This document shows, in pieces, positions 11,700 to 26,149 of a stretch of 64,000 nt of DNA (positions within the stretch are counted from its first letter, which is position 1; each line of letters opens with the position of its first letter). The notes beneath the pieces were generated by a model. That model did not search any database. It was not told the DNA's origin and saw nothing but the letters and a program-made list of their open reading frames with translations. The position numbers and the translations under genes were made by a program. The stretch lies in the NCBI RefSeq assembly GCF_006345805.1, contig NC_043001.1, forward strand, positions 114,080,001 through 114,144,000, given 5' to 3'. This DNA comes from Octopus sinensis. Taxonomy: Eukaryota.

Positions 11700-12110
11700 C
11701 TTTCTTTTCCTGCTCGGACGTTTAAAAGAACGGTTGTCTTTTTTCTCATTCACTCTCGTCTGTCTTTTCTCTTTTTAAAAAAATCCTTCACTAGCGTTCA
11801 CTACTTTCCTCTCATTCTTATCTAAAGACCTCCATGTTTGTTTTCGTTCGGTTTCTTTGTATGTATCCAGTGTCATTTTTTTGCTCTCAACTTTGACCCT
11901 CCATAAATCCTAAATTTTAATAAAAAAATTATGGGAGTAGCTGTCTTTGAAGACTCATATTGTTATTGAGTGCTCGAAATGAGGAGTAGATAGACCACCG
12001 ACAACTGTTGACCGGTCATTTCGTTGTGTTTACTTGTCTTCTTTTCCATTTTTTCTTGTTTCCGTATATCATGTTATTTGCACCGTTGGTGATGTCTTGT
12101 ACACATAAAT
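11700..12110 (+). repeat. interspersed repeat, second copy at 30480-30900 (minus)
   Basis: Shared blocks CAACTTTGACCCTCCATAAATCCTAA, GAAGACTCATATTGT, TGCTCGAAATGAGGAG.AGATAGAC..CCGACAACTG. Confidence 0.85.
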
Positions 12111-13445
12111 GCATGTACACACACGCACACACACACACACACATTAACATATATATATTATTTATTATTTATTATATATATATACGCAAATATATAAATA
12201 TATGTATACACACACACACACACAACCATATATCTGTGCTCGTGCATCTGTGAGTGCATCGATGTGTTTCTGCCCGTGCGTGTGTTCGTAAACATCTGCT
12301 CCACACTCGCTGTTGCCAACATATAGTCATAATTTCTTTTAGTATTTCGAGCCAACAAATCACGCGTTTATCATACAATAAATGTATTACTTGGTTGTTT
12401 TACTTAAATCTCCTCGTAATCTCTATACACGTTTGCATATAATCAGATGCTTCGTTAAATAGGCATACCAACATATATATATTTTGGTTTTTATAGAATG
12501 GCATGGAGCATTCTAGACCGCCATTGATGCCATTAACGTTTCATTTGAAACTGAATTAACACTCACGGAAAAGATGTGACTAGGGATGGAATTTCAGAGA
12601 AGCGCTTTTCTGGGCATAGGGCTAAGTACCAAACCTGGGATAAACGGGTGACCATATTCTGCTTGCCGGCTATGATGTCTGCAACTCTAGCGTCATTGAT
12701 GTGAAAGCAATGTAAAAGAGGGGTACATTCAGTTACAGTATACTACTGGTAGAAGTTTCTCGGTCTTTTCTTTGACCACGTGACCCTTACTAATTGAATA
12801 GTTAAGAATCTTACTATCTTATCCGGTTAGATCATTTTAAAGTAATGGATGTACTTAAAACCTTTGCCGGCCTTCTGTGACTAGAGAGATTAAATGGATA
12901 ATAATCTTCCACTAAAGTGGCAAAGCAACGACTATAAGATTCTGACGGGCGAGCAGTTATCTGAAATTACAATTAAAAATATCCCATCATGAAATATATT
13001 GATGTTTCTGTGGTTCATGTTGTTGTGGCTATTGTTGTTTACCGCGAATACAGGCGAGGATTAGCAAGCTTATTTTCTCGAACATTATCTATTTTTGGAG
13101 TTATATTGCCCAAATACTCTATGATACAGATGGTAAGGGGTGGTTAGAAATATATGTTTCTGTTATTTGTATCGATGGGTACATAGCAACTACCTTGTCG
13201 ACTCGCAATACCACATATAATTGCTATGATGTCCGCTGAAATTATATGCCCCGGTTCATAATATAAAAGTGGTTACAAGGGTCCGCGTTGCCAGTGTATA
13301 AGCGTTTCTATTACATTTGTTTTGAAGTTATCTTACGAAGGTTTAGCACGTATCCTCCGATGTAATGTGATGTGTCCAGAGTAATATGTCCAGAGCAAGT
13401 TCAGAATTCATGAGCGTCTTTTTTATAACAATAAATATTCATTTA

Positions 13446-13998
13446 TAATAATCTCTGAGCGAGGTATAACCAGTAGCTGCACGACATCGTGAAGTATATT
13501 TGCCACTTAAATGTAGCTAACACTTAAGGGTGGATGATACTGTAGCTTGTATCCCCAGGAGGACACCTTCTCCAGTTGGCTATTGGCATTCTTTCTGTGC
13601 CCTTAAGGATTAGCCACACTTATGTGGCAAATATACTTCACGATGTCATACTGCTACTGTTTATACCTCGCTCAGAGATTTATTATTGCTTGTTTACACT
13701 TTTTCGATATCAGTGACTTTTCGTCAATAGAAAAAGGATATATATAATTGCAAAGGGGAGCCACTTCGGCAATCGGTGATTGTCACACGCTGATGACGGG
13801 TCAATACCCAGAAACTCGAGTCCGTGTGTATCATGTCAGATTGAAGATGGGAAGAATGGCTTCCCTTTGCAAATACTGATAGGGCACAGAAAGTGTGTCA
13901 ATAGCCAGCTGAAGGATATGTCCTCCTGGGGCTACAAGCTACAGTAGCATCCACCCTTAAGGGTTAACCACATTTAAGTGGCAAACATACTTCACGAT
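13446..13998 (+). mobile_element. retrozyme/Penelope-pLTR-like unit (~354-bp period) with inverted 5' segment
   Basis: Direct repeat CCCTTAAGG...GTGGCAAA.ATACTTCACGAT at 13600 and 13954; 13446-13599 is an antisense copy of the same unit; HHR at 13777-13833; homologous copy at 52594. Confidence 0.8.
13777..13833 (+). ncRNA. type-I hammerhead ribozyme motif
   Basis: CACACG-CTGATGA-C-GGGT(CAAT)ACCC-A-GAAA-CTCGAG-TC|CGTGTG: canonical CUGAUGA, GUC triplet, 6-bp stem I extended by TGAT/ATCA, palindromic stem III ACTCGAGT. Confidence 0.8.
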
Positions 13999-14316
13999 AT
14001 AATTTATACATTCCATATTAAATTTTGTACTCGATAAAATATTTAAATTTCACAAATACCCACACAGACAGATAAACAAACGATTATCATCTTAAAATAC
14101 GTCCCATTTCGTTCAATATATACAGCCAAAATTGTCTTAAACTTAAGAACGGGTAATCAGACATAAATGAAAAATAACAGATATGCATAGGTTTAATAGG
14201 AGTAAATATATTTCAAACGATGTATAATGAACACTTTATGAAATTATCTCCCTACGTTGATTTCATATGAAAATAATAAATAACAATCAATTCTTTAACT
14301 TATTTACATTACTTAA

Positions 14317-14383
14317 ATATGGCGTAGTGGTTAAGAGCGCGGGCTACTAACCCCACTTTTCCGAGTTCGATTCCAGGCAGTGA

Positions 14384-14427
<44 letters not shown>

Positions 14428-14627
14428 TTAATAATAATAATAACAACAACAATATCGAAAAATACCAGGTTTTAAATTTCCCCAAGACATCTGTTGAAGG
14501 CTGGAGGGTATATCAGCGGAAACGTTGTGTTAATAACAAACAAGTTGAGGACAAATATCCGTCAAATTTAAATAATGTAAATAATGTAAACAATGTACAT
14601 AATACCTCATCTCTTCAATATAGAACT
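14317..14627 (+). mobile_element. hammerhead-bearing tRNA SINE, copy 2
   Basis: TGGCGTAGTGGTTAAGAGCGCGGGCTACTAAC...GAGTTCGATTCC, (AAT)n, tail with decayed core CTGTTGAAGGCTG...CAGCGGAAACGTTGTGTT. Confidence 0.85.
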
Positions 14628-15801
14628 GAACAACCAATTGGTAAAGAATTCTTAGCAAAGTTGTGGTGCTGCTGACAAAAATGCCTTTATATTTATTAAT
14701 GAGATTACGCTATTCTAAACATTCTGCGATGTTGAATGATCTTCCCATTTTTCATGTAGTTTCACACATTAGAAACAGTTCCCGTTTGGAGACGGCAGTT
14801 AGTCTATTTCAAATTCAAATGAAGTGAGGATTTCCGTTTAATCTTAGTATTATCCAAACATTCTCTTTTGTTACAATGTTTTCGTTACTTATAACCATAG
14901 ATTGTATGGACAAACGATAGCCTCCGGTGGTTAAATCGAATTATACGCTGTTTATGTGCATACAAACTTGGAAAACATTTTCCTGGAAGAATGGCGGCAA
15001 CATATGAATATATGCCTCCTTCTTTAAAACACTTATGTTTATCAAGGAGAAAGGCAGTTGACATATGCCTACATCATTTGGCACTAGTGTTGTTTCAGTC
15101 ATTAGTGCCAGTACTGTCAGAACGGTAAGTTCCAGAAAAATACTGCAAAGCATTTAGACCGGTCTTCCAATAGCTATACAAATTCACTGCTCAGAGTTTG
15201 GTTGTATGGGCACACTGATAATATTAGTCTATAACTTCAAAGTCTATGTTAACAGATAATTGTCTAAGCCAAAGACGTGCTACATCTTAAAACTAGGATC
15301 TATATGGTGGCTCTGTCTGCTAGTGATAAGAGTCAAAAATTATTCAAACTACACTTAACGTCTTAAAAATGGGGAAGATTGTTCGGTTAAGTCTATAGGT
15401 ATCAAAAAATCATTTGACTGTCAAGGATTAAGTATATTTGATTATATCTTTGCTCATTCAGAATAACACGTTGCTAAACAATAGAAATAACAATACCATC
15501 AAAAGCAACAAAAGTACTGGTGATAGAATACGAACTAATGCCTCTTCTAACTTCATCGGTATTCCAATGCAACTAGTTCCTCGAGAAAGAACTCCTTACT
15601 CTCTCTTACCTCACTCTCTCACTATCTATCAATCGTTCAATTATTTTTATTTCTGTGTGTAAATACACACATATTCATATACATATAGAGATATACAGAG
15701 ACATAGAGACATGTACACCCACATGCATATACGTACATACATATATATATGTGTGCGTTGATATGTATATATATATATATACATATGTATATCTGTCTAT
15801 C

Positions 15802-15879
<78 letters not shown>

Positions 15880-16734
15880 ATACACACACACACACATATA
15901 TATATATATAACTGTATATATATATATATGTGTGTATGTGTGTGTGTGTGTGTGTGAGTATAATCTTGTCCACAAGCAAACAGTAATATACCTGAGGCAT
16001 GATATGAAAACAGACACCCACAGGCTAAGAATATCTGAATAACTTCATGGACAATCTTCCTAAAAATACGCGACTACACATAAACAGACACGTATATACT
16101 ACATGCATATATATACATATATATATATGCGAAGTAAGCACCATAGAGAAAAATTTATACGAAGACAAACATACACGCAGAAACATATAAATAGAAAGTT
16201 ACACATAAACATATACGCCACATATTTACTAAGACACATCACCATGTGTAATTTGTTATTCGCTCGAACATTCATTAATTCTGTTAGCCGCCATGTTCAT
16301 TCACTGCGACAACGTACGAATGTTATTTCAGTTTCCTTATTCAGTTTAAATACGACAACTATAAATTAAACTCTTGGAGTTTTTCTATTAATTTCAGCCG
16401 CACTGTTTTACAAACATCACAACATTTTACATTCGACCACCGACGTGCTACCACCGCTACTGCAATGATAACAATAACAACAACAACGGTAAATATCAAA
16501 GCAACAATAATAACAAGTACATAAATAATTTAAAGGAACGTAATAACTAAAGCGACAACGTCTATAATAGTACAACCAATAAATACTTCTGTATTTACAT
16601 TGCCATAACCCCGAAAATTACATATGGTCTACTATAAATGGCACACTTATGTTATGCCTCTACCGCCACAGTCTACCACCAGCGCCACCAGCGCCACCAA
16701 CACCACACACAAACCTTATACCACCACCACTACC

Positions 16735-16766
<32 letters not shown>

Positions 16767-18269
16767 CAACAACTACTACTACTACTACTACTACTGATAA
16801 CATATGATCTCTGTCGTCACTATAATTTGAACAGCATAACAACAAAGTTAAAATTTCTTTTTCTTTTAATCTAATATTTTGTAAGAAGTAAAAATATATC
16901 TGAATTTCATTAAAACTGCACTCACATATTTCACTGGTATATAGACATTGTACTCTCTTACTCACACACATTCCCCCTCTCTCTTTCTCATCCATTCTCC
17001 TACATTAACACAAACAGAGAGACACTCACACCCATATACACTCAAGCATACATACCGAATTAATTACCTAAATGTTTTCCTTTCTTAAAATGTCTTCATT
17101 TCTTCATTTCGTTTTCCTTTTATGTTCAGCCAACTTCTACTGTTTTTATTTTCCCCCGGTAGTATATCTACCATAACGCTTTATGTTTAAATCATTTTTA
17201 AACATAATATGGTGCAAAATATGGTGGTTTTTAAAAATTTTTTACCGTAAGCCATTATATTTTCTCTGCAATAATTGCATTGAATGTGCCTTTAGAATTT
17301 TGTCACAAACATATTTTGATTAGCCTATGTATGTATGTATGTATGTATGTATGTATGTTATTATTAAGTTTTATTTCAAGATTTTTTGTTGATAAAGAAA
17401 GAAATGTGTTCTAACCTAGATCCAAGGAAGAACATAATAAATGCATATAAAAATATTTAATGTAGGCAGTAGAAGCATATATAATATACGCAGTAGAAGC
17501 ACTTTTTAAAAGAAGTGTAGCACAAAAATTTTCTTCGAGAGAAGCACATACATATATATGTATGCATGGTGTATGCATGGTGTATGCATATATGTATATA
17601 TGTATGGATGGATATATGTTTGTATTATATGTCATCTTCCTACTTCTCTTTCTCTCGCACCAACTAGGTGATTGAATATTACGAATGGCAATATGAAACC
17701 GATGCAAAACGCGATTTTAATACAGTGTATTTGCCCGTGAAATACGTCTATTTAGATAAGGATTAATAGTAAGCAAAAAGCTATCAAACACACCTCTTTG
17801 TATCATTTAATCTTTCGAGGCTTAACAATACATCTCTCGTAAAAGATATCGTTGCGTTACGCCTTTAGCACCAGAAATCGTTCAATACACTAGTCGAAAG
17901 CGTAGGAAATGAATTAATCATAGGAAATAGAGTAAAAGTAAATAAATCAATTTTATATTTATGTGATAAAAATCAATGTAAAAGTACGAGAAAAATAAAT
18001 ATATGTTGAAACACCATAAACACCCTTTAGAAGGAAACAATTAGGAGACCTCATAGCAAAAACTATAAATATATATGCCTACACACCATTCTCAAAACCG
18101 CATTTCATCTTTTTGGCTAAATATATCATAATTTCTTAAACTGATATATGATTGCATATATGTATGATTGAGTGTAATATTTATATATATATATATATAT
18201 ATACATATATATAACAATTGCAGGGTGGAAGGTGTTTGTAAGCCATTTAAGAAACACACAAAAGCCGTT

Positions 18270-18625
18270 CGATTCACTTCAACATTTAAGTTTAATTTGT
18301 CAAAATATTTTCGTCGCTTTAAGACCACGACCTGTTCACTGACAGTCACTTGACCCTGTTATCTCCCCTACTATCCCTCTAGCGTCTAACGTCTGACCTC
18401 TGACCTCTGACTTCTGCCTGAAATCAGAACGCCATGTTGGATCGCTAGCTCCTACACGCATTTTCTCTCTCTCCTTGTTTCTTTTCTGTGTATCTTTCTG
18501 TCGAAGAGCGTAGGCTCGAAACGTAAAAGACTTGTTTTATTTCTATTCCTGAGCGCCATACTAATACAATTGCTTCTTTGTACTCCACCTGCCTTTGTCT
18601 TTTGTTTATTTTCGTAAACCTTCCC

Positions 18626-18630
<5 letters not shown>
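18270..18630 (+). mobile_element. interspersed repeat carrying a hammerhead-like motif
   Basis: HHR-like motif at 18493-18530 inside an AT-rich block that ends in (TA)n; element boundaries approximate, no second copy in the window. Confidence 0.45.
18493..18530 (+). ncRNA. minimal type-I hammerhead-like motif (A6U variant)
   Basis: TCTTT-CTGTCGA-A-GAGC(GTAG)GCTC-GAAA-CG-TA|AAAGA: perfect 5-bp stem I and 4-bp stem II, palindromic stem III ACGT, GUA triplet. Confidence 0.6.
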
Positions 18631-18685
<55 letters not shown>

Positions 18686-18984
18686 TATATATATACTTCG
18701 CTTTTGTATTTTGTTATCAAGATTCTTGATGTGAATTCGGGTGTTCAAACAAATCTTTTGTACCTTGGGAAGATCATTACGCCCAAAAATAAGAATACAC
18801 GCACTAGCTCAATATCACTTTTTTTCATTTTTAGTCAATTGTTTAAATATATAAGAAAGAAACTTGTCGATTGTTTGTTTAAAGTACTGGTTAGACAGTC
18901 AATCGTTTATTTGTCAGTCAAAGTCCTTTAATCGATATCTGCGACCTCTTTCTCTACGTGCCTTCCCTTGGCAGAGCTTGAAGA

Positions 18985-19103
18985 TTCTTCTTCTTCTTCT
19001 TCTTCTTCTTCTTCTTCTTCTTCTTCTTCTTCTTCTTCTTCTTCTTCTTCTTCTTCTTCTTCTTCTTCTTCTTCTTCTTCTTCTTCTTCTTCTTCTTCTT
19101 CTT
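18985..19103. repeat. (TTC)n microsatellite followed by a pyrimidine-rich mixed trinucleotide tract to ~19500
   Basis: Direct reading; source of poly-L/poly-S/poly-R ORFs. Confidence 0.97.
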
Positions 19104-19892
19104 CGTGTTTTTGTTTTTCTATTTTGTTCTTCTCCTTCCTTTTTTCTTCCTCGTCCTCCTCGTCCTCCTCCTTCTTGTTCTTCGTGTTCTTGTTCTTGTT
19201 TCTCTTCTTCTACTTCCTTTTCTTCTTTTCCTTCCACTTTTCCTCCTCCTCGCCTTCCTCCTCCTTGTTGTTGCTGTTCTTCTTTTCCTACTTCTTTTTT
19301 TGTATTGGTGTTGCTGGGTTTTGCTTTTGCTGCTGCTGCTGCTTGTTGATGTTTCTTTTGTTTTTATTGATGATGATGCTTTTGATGTTATTGAGTAAAA
19401 TAGCAACGCATCAATATTATTATTATCATCATCATCATCATCATCATAATCATCATCATCGTCGTCGTCGTCGTCGTTATCATCAACATCATCATCATAA
19501 CCTGAAGTACATAACCAGTTTTAGATTAATGTTTTTTTTTAATTAGTGAAGTATCACATTACGACACTATATAGGTTATAATACTCGTAAACACATTAAA
19601 GATTTTGTTTTTTCCAGGTGTTAGTGTTATTCAACGAACTCCCGAGAGGAGATGTTAAGCTTGATATCCGCGTGTTCGTACTCAAAATTTTTCTCTCTTT
19701 ATACAATGAAATACTAAAGAAATAGTAAAATTATTTTATTCTTTGCAATGGGCTACAAAATTATAGTGGAGAGCATAATTACATAAATTGTTCCTAACAC
19801 TAAATTATATTCTTATCGATTCACGCCTAAAGATGACAGCGAAAGGGGATCCGTTTGGTGTCCAACTGGGGAAATAAGCTTGTGGTGCCTAC

Positions 19893-19940
<48 letters not shown>

Positions 19941-21903
19941 TATATTATAATAATAACAATAGCCATGATGCAGTTCTTGGTAGTTGCTCTCATGGCTTCC
20001 GATCTTATTTTATTGAAAGTGTACACATGTGTATGTTCGTCTCGGTATAAAAAATTGGTTACAGCAAATATTCTGCTCAATACCATATATTTGCTTGTCA
20101 GTTGTATGAACTTAAGCAGTTGAGCCTGTCCCTTGATGGCTAACAATATGTTCATCTCTTATCACGAGCACAGGTTGTGAGGGAGTATCATAGATATGTA
20201 TTGAGAATACTTTGAAGTTTGAATAATTCACCCTTGGAAACATGGGTGTTTTGTTCATGATATAGAATAAGAATGTAAGTTTTATAGAATACACCATATA
20301 GAATGTATGTTTTCAGTGACGCACAACAAACTAATGAAATGATCACTCTATCTGTACTATATCTGGATGGAAAGTAATCTCGATCTGGATGGTAGGGCGG
20401 ATCCCCAAATTGTAGCTTGTTTAAATAGATATATTATCTAAAACCAAATGATATGTGGTATAAAATGATGGTTAATGGTTACTGTATAGGTGAGCAGCGC
20501 CCAAATTAAATAAAACATGTGACAGTTACAGAGGAAATACATTTTATTATAAATATGTCCTGTGGATAAGCAAAAACGACTCCCTATAGAACATTACGTT
20601 TTAACCAGGATATCTTTTGCCGATAAGATGATCCTTTTACAGCCTCAATAATTTACAATTTATTCAGCTTAACCAAGTTTTCTGAACGTTTTAATTTATA
20701 TTAGAAGTGCCGCCTATGCTTTCTGACATCATTCTATTGCGACGTGCCTCCCTCGATAGCCTGTAAGCGATGGCAATTCAGATAAAATGAAGGACAACAT
20801 TAATTGATGACAACATTATATATATAAACCAGTGAAACGACAATAGATAAAGTAGACCACGGGAGGGGTTTGAATTTCTAACTCTGAAACATGGAACAAA
20901 TACCTGAAGGAAATCTGCTTGACTCTATTACAAATCAGCCAATTCGTTGCCTTATAAGTTTCTATAGCATTAGTAAGATTCTCGTTTCAATCTATATGGA
21001 AAGTTGACAATAACCAGTCGTGACACTTCTCTAGGCTCACAAAAAATGCTTTTATATATTTTGAGGCAATTGACAAATGAATGGATGTGAAATGTACATG
21101 ACTGGGGAACCACATCAAGAAATTGTCGTTTGGAGGAGTTGCTCACTTTCAGAAAAAACTACTGAAAGGTAAAGAAATTTCCCTAAATGTTTTACAGACA
21201 ATTTTTGGTGGGAGGAATTTTAACCCAAAATCGTGCACTGATTGAGCGGGATTTAATAGAGATCGATATATAAGTAACAAGAAGGCATGACTCTTTTCTT
21301 TGTAGTCTCTCAGGCTTAGTCATACATTAAACAGTTGCACGCACACGCACATACACACACATATACATATACATACAATCACACACATAATCACACACAT
21401 GCACAAACACACATATAAACACTCACCAACACACACATATTGAATCTTCAGAAAAATTATAACCTTAACTATGGTCTTAACATTATATGCAAAAGAAAAC
21501 TGAAAACATTTCTTTCTAAAGCGTGCATATTGTGTGTTTTATTATAATCGGGGAAAATGGACATTACACCCAAAAGATATCAATCATTTGAAGCGTTTAT
21601 AGCCGAAGTGTCTTCGCCAACTTTTGGTTGTATCTTCGGCGCACTATAAGGATACCGTTGAAGTCACGGAGATAACAAATGATTTAAGCACAAAAGATCT
21701 CTTGCGGCGTAGCTGATTATGATAGTTTCCATACAAAATCTTCCATTAGATTCAGGAATCCACTAATAAAATGATGCATCTCTGGTGGAAAAATATAATT
21801 TTAAAAACGACTTGGAAAATTGAAATGTTTAACAGAATGTATCTTAAAATTCAATTGCAGTGATATCTTTATATGCAAACAGTCACACACGCATGAATAT
21901 ATA

Positions 21904-21953
<50 letters not shown>

Positions 21954-22053
21954 GTATGTGTGTGTGTGTGTATGTATGTATATATATGTATATGTATGTA
22001 TGCATGTATGTGCATGTATAAGTATACATACACATATATTCATACATACATAT

Positions 22054-22095
<42 letters not shown>

Positions 22096-22536
22096 AGATA
22101 CAAAGATAAAACAGACATATATAAATACATATATACACGCACCTGTGTGTGTGTGTGTGTGTAACAAAGAAATGAGACAGGCATAAGAGTGTCTGTTAAC
22201 TAATTCTCTTCTTTCCCGAATATTTGTCTACGTCTTTATTTTCGTACGACGTCTGTCAACAAATAATGTTGAATTGGTCATAAGAACTTCATGTCTTATA
22301 GGACTTTCGCTGTTATTAGATTTACTGCTGACTTCTTAACAAATCAGTGCTAACAAGGAGAAAAATATCCAGCAAATTATTGTAGCAAATTCATTAATAG
22401 CAGTCCTCTCGTATAGCAGAGAAGCACTTTACAAAATACATATATGGAGATACATTCGTGTTCAGAAGACCGTGGTTTGCAATATATTAATATATTATAA
22501 ATCTCCAACATTACACGTGAAATAAAGATATATATA

Positions 22537-22606
<70 letters not shown>

Positions 22607-22674
22607 TATACATATATATACATATGTATTATATAGATAGATAGATAGATATATATACAGAAAGACAGACAGAC

Positions 22675-22740
<66 letters not shown>

Positions 22741-23013
22741 TTAAAATTTACAGAAGACACAAAACGAAGATAGCTGAGGGAATAACGAGCTGGTCTATTA
22801 TCTTGGCACTCGGGAGGTATAGAAAAGTCTTTGACGTTCCCAGCCTATGCTCTTCGAGAGTAAGGGATGAGAGGGAAACAATGGATAGAAAATGAAAAAC
22901 ACGGAGAGAAAAAATGTGCAGCAATTATAAATATCAGCACACACACACACCACACACACACACACACACACTGAATCACTCATACACACTTGCACACACA
23001 TATTTTGTGTACG

Positions 23014-23049
<36 letters not shown>

Positions 23050-23094
23050 ATACATGCATTTATGTATGTATGTATGCATGTGTCTATATGTATA

Positions 23095-23640
23095 TTTAGT
23101 TAGGTTTGTTTATGTCAACTTTGCCTTCGCTGATGAAGAATTCTTGGCATCTTTCACTGTAACCAATGGTACGAAACAGGGTTGTCTTCTCGAATCCATG
23201 CTTTTCGGTTTGTAGTTTAGCACAGTGCTTCACGATGCATTACACAATGAAACACTTTGCATCCATATCAAATACAGATATGATGAGAACTTTTTAACAT
23301 CAGCCGCCTGAAAGAAAGCCACTGTTTTGCTGATTGTGATCTAAATGCAAATTGAGAAGGAAATGTTCAATAGAGTTTAGACAAGTTTGCTTCAGCTTGT
23401 GATAGCTTGGGGCCTACGATTTATCTCAAAAACTGAAAACCGTCTTCTACGAAAAACTTCCTTTGGACTATTCTTGTCAGTCAGCAATCATCATGTTCAA
23501 ACAGTAAAGAGATCAACTTACCTTGGAATTAGACTGTCAAGGAGTATTGACCTTGAGGATGGAATGAACGAAATAATAATAATAGCCAGTTCTGCTTTTG
23601 GACATCATCACAAGGACTGGAGAAGGCCATTTCTGACTAT
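23095..23640 (+). mobile_element. RTE-clade LINE RT fragment
   Basis: FTVTNGTKQGC, YRYD..FNISRL, decayed FADDCAL, TYLGIRLSRSIDLED..IIIASSAFG across frameshifts. Confidence 0.8.
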
Positions 23641-24471
23641 AAATGTTTGGCAATTGTTTTTCGTTGTCGCGTGCAATAACACGTTGTTTGTTAATTATAA
23701 AATATCCTGTATATTGATATAATTATAGAAAGTCTTCTCATAAACAAAACCAATACTATAAATATTGGATCGATGGAGTTTAAATATATATAAACATAGT
23801 AGTTAAACGAGAGATGGAGTAAAAGGACAATAGTAGAAAATGTAGAGAGAAAGAAAATGACAAAGAAAATGTCAAGGGAATAAGTGGGGAAATGGAGATG
23901 TACACGAGAGGGATAAATAAGAAATCACTTTTATAACAGAGAGATGAAGGAAAGATAAAAGAAAAGATGAATACTATGATAAAAAGAAAGAAGAGCCGTT
24001 CACATGTGGGATATTTTAATGTATCTTATTGACCGTATCATAATGATATATTATAACGACAAAAGAGAATATATTTCTATAGCAGAAAGTTTGATATGAT
24101 AACGTTATCTTGGAAAAGCGAGGCAAAAGAGAATAAAAAATGGAGTAGATTTTGAACACTGCAAAAGAGAAAGAGGCCTGCAAAAAGACAGAAAAACAAA
24201 AACACATGGTGAATGAGAATAGCTAAGAATATGTAATTACTTATTAAAAGCAGGAATGCATATATACCTACATAGCATAAATCAGTACTCAAAACGAAAA
24301 GGAGATTGACGTTTAGATATGAAGTGTTTTCCGGGATGCCACATGTTGTGACAGTGTATGTGTGTGTATGCGCGTGCGAACGTATCCATGTGTGTGAGTG
24401 TGTTAGTGTGTGTGAATATATATAGATACATACATATAGACATGTATGTGCATGTACGTATAATATATATA

Positions 24472-24525
<54 letters not shown>

Positions 24526-26149
24526 CATACACACACACATATATATATATACATACATATATATATATATATATATATTTATTTAATATACATATATGTA
24601 TGTAATGTAACTTTTCTGAATCTTCAGATCTTTCATTATGCTAGGCCACTGGTTTTAAATTGATATTCATCAAATTAATATTCAATTTTTCACCTTTATT
24701 GTTTAAATATATATATATATATACACCACACATACACACACATACACACACACATACACACACACACACATATATATATGTATGTGTGTGTGTGTGTGTA
24801 TGCATATGTATATGCATGTATGTGTATGTGTATTTATATGTATACATTGGCGCGTATATGAGTAGACAAAATGGAAGAAAAATATGTTCATGCGCTTTTA
24901 TAGTTAGTGGCACACAAAACCATCGACCCATTGCTCCCCATTGCAATTATAACGTACACTTAGATGCCGAATCACACGGTCATACACACTACAATGCTTA
25001 ATTTAGTACGCATGCTTACCTAATTTTAGAATTGAACAGGCAGGCTAGCGATTCTAAGTAAATCATATGCTAATGCATTGTCACCCACGAGGTGATGCAA
25101 GTATTATAAGAAAATCAGCTAAGCTATTTTGTTTTTATTATGGACAAATTTAATGAATTTTCTGTAGCTTTTTCATTAAAATTTACATATTTGGTGTATA
25201 AATCTTTAGAATTATAATTGCAAATTATCAATAAAAAATAATTAGTGTCTAATCATACATGTTTTGTTTATACAAGTATATTGGAAATATCGACAGAAAG
25301 CTATTAAATTGCTTCAATGGATCGTTTTCGATTTCTTCCGATCGTAAGATATTTGACTATTTTGTTTTGCTTTGTTTTGTATTGTTTTAGTCTTTATGTT
25401 CATGCTGTTGTCATTGATAATATTCTGGTTTCTCATTTTATGTTGTAATGATTCTGCGTAGATTGATTAAACTATTTCCGAAACTTATTTGTATTATTTA
25501 GTATAATTATTCACTATTTGCATCATCCTTTTTACATATTCATCAAATATCGTTTAATTTCAATAACATGGCAAAAATGTTATTAGCATTGATATATACA
25601 TGCTCATCGTTCCTTCTCTTATAACAATCTTTCTTTGTTGCTTTCTCTCTATGTGCAGCCCATTGCACATATAAAACACAAACAGACACAAATACTTACG
25701 CACCCACATTGCCATCTCGCACGATTAAACATTCACAAATATACGCTATATTGAACTAAGAAATTATTCTAACGATCTGTTAAAAAGTGCAGCGAAAGTA
25801 GCCCCGATCGTGCTCTACCATCTTAGTATAAAAAAAGTATGTTGGAAGAATTAGTCATTGATAAAACTATGCCTTAGTAATACCGTAAGATTTTCAAGGC
25901 TGAGATGAAATGCATTTCACAATAGATCTATTCAACTAGTGCTGACTTGTACATGTATATGTATAATGTATGTATATATGTATGTACATATATAAATATA
26001 TATATATATAAACACACACACACACGTGCGCACGCACACACACACAGTGGTTGTCTAATCTTCATGTAGTGTCTATATATATGTATATATATATATATAT
26101 ATAGCAAAAGAAAGTCATGGTCTGTCACAAATAGTGCACACAAAAATAT

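Noticed and set aside
12480-13440. Possible decayed Penelope RT (+ strand) or GIY-YIG (- strand) upstream of the HHR unit
   Set aside because: Only faint motif echoes (VIDVKAM, KYID, CNHFYI) in conflicting orientations; cannot be supported without a profile search.
14940-15200. GKHFP...CQYC fragment suggesting a piggyBac C-terminus
   Set aside because: Too few residues match; no TIR or TTAA context identified.
19604-19720. Candidate exon after polypyrimidine-CAG
   Set aside because: No convincing donor site, no recognisable protein and no partner exons.
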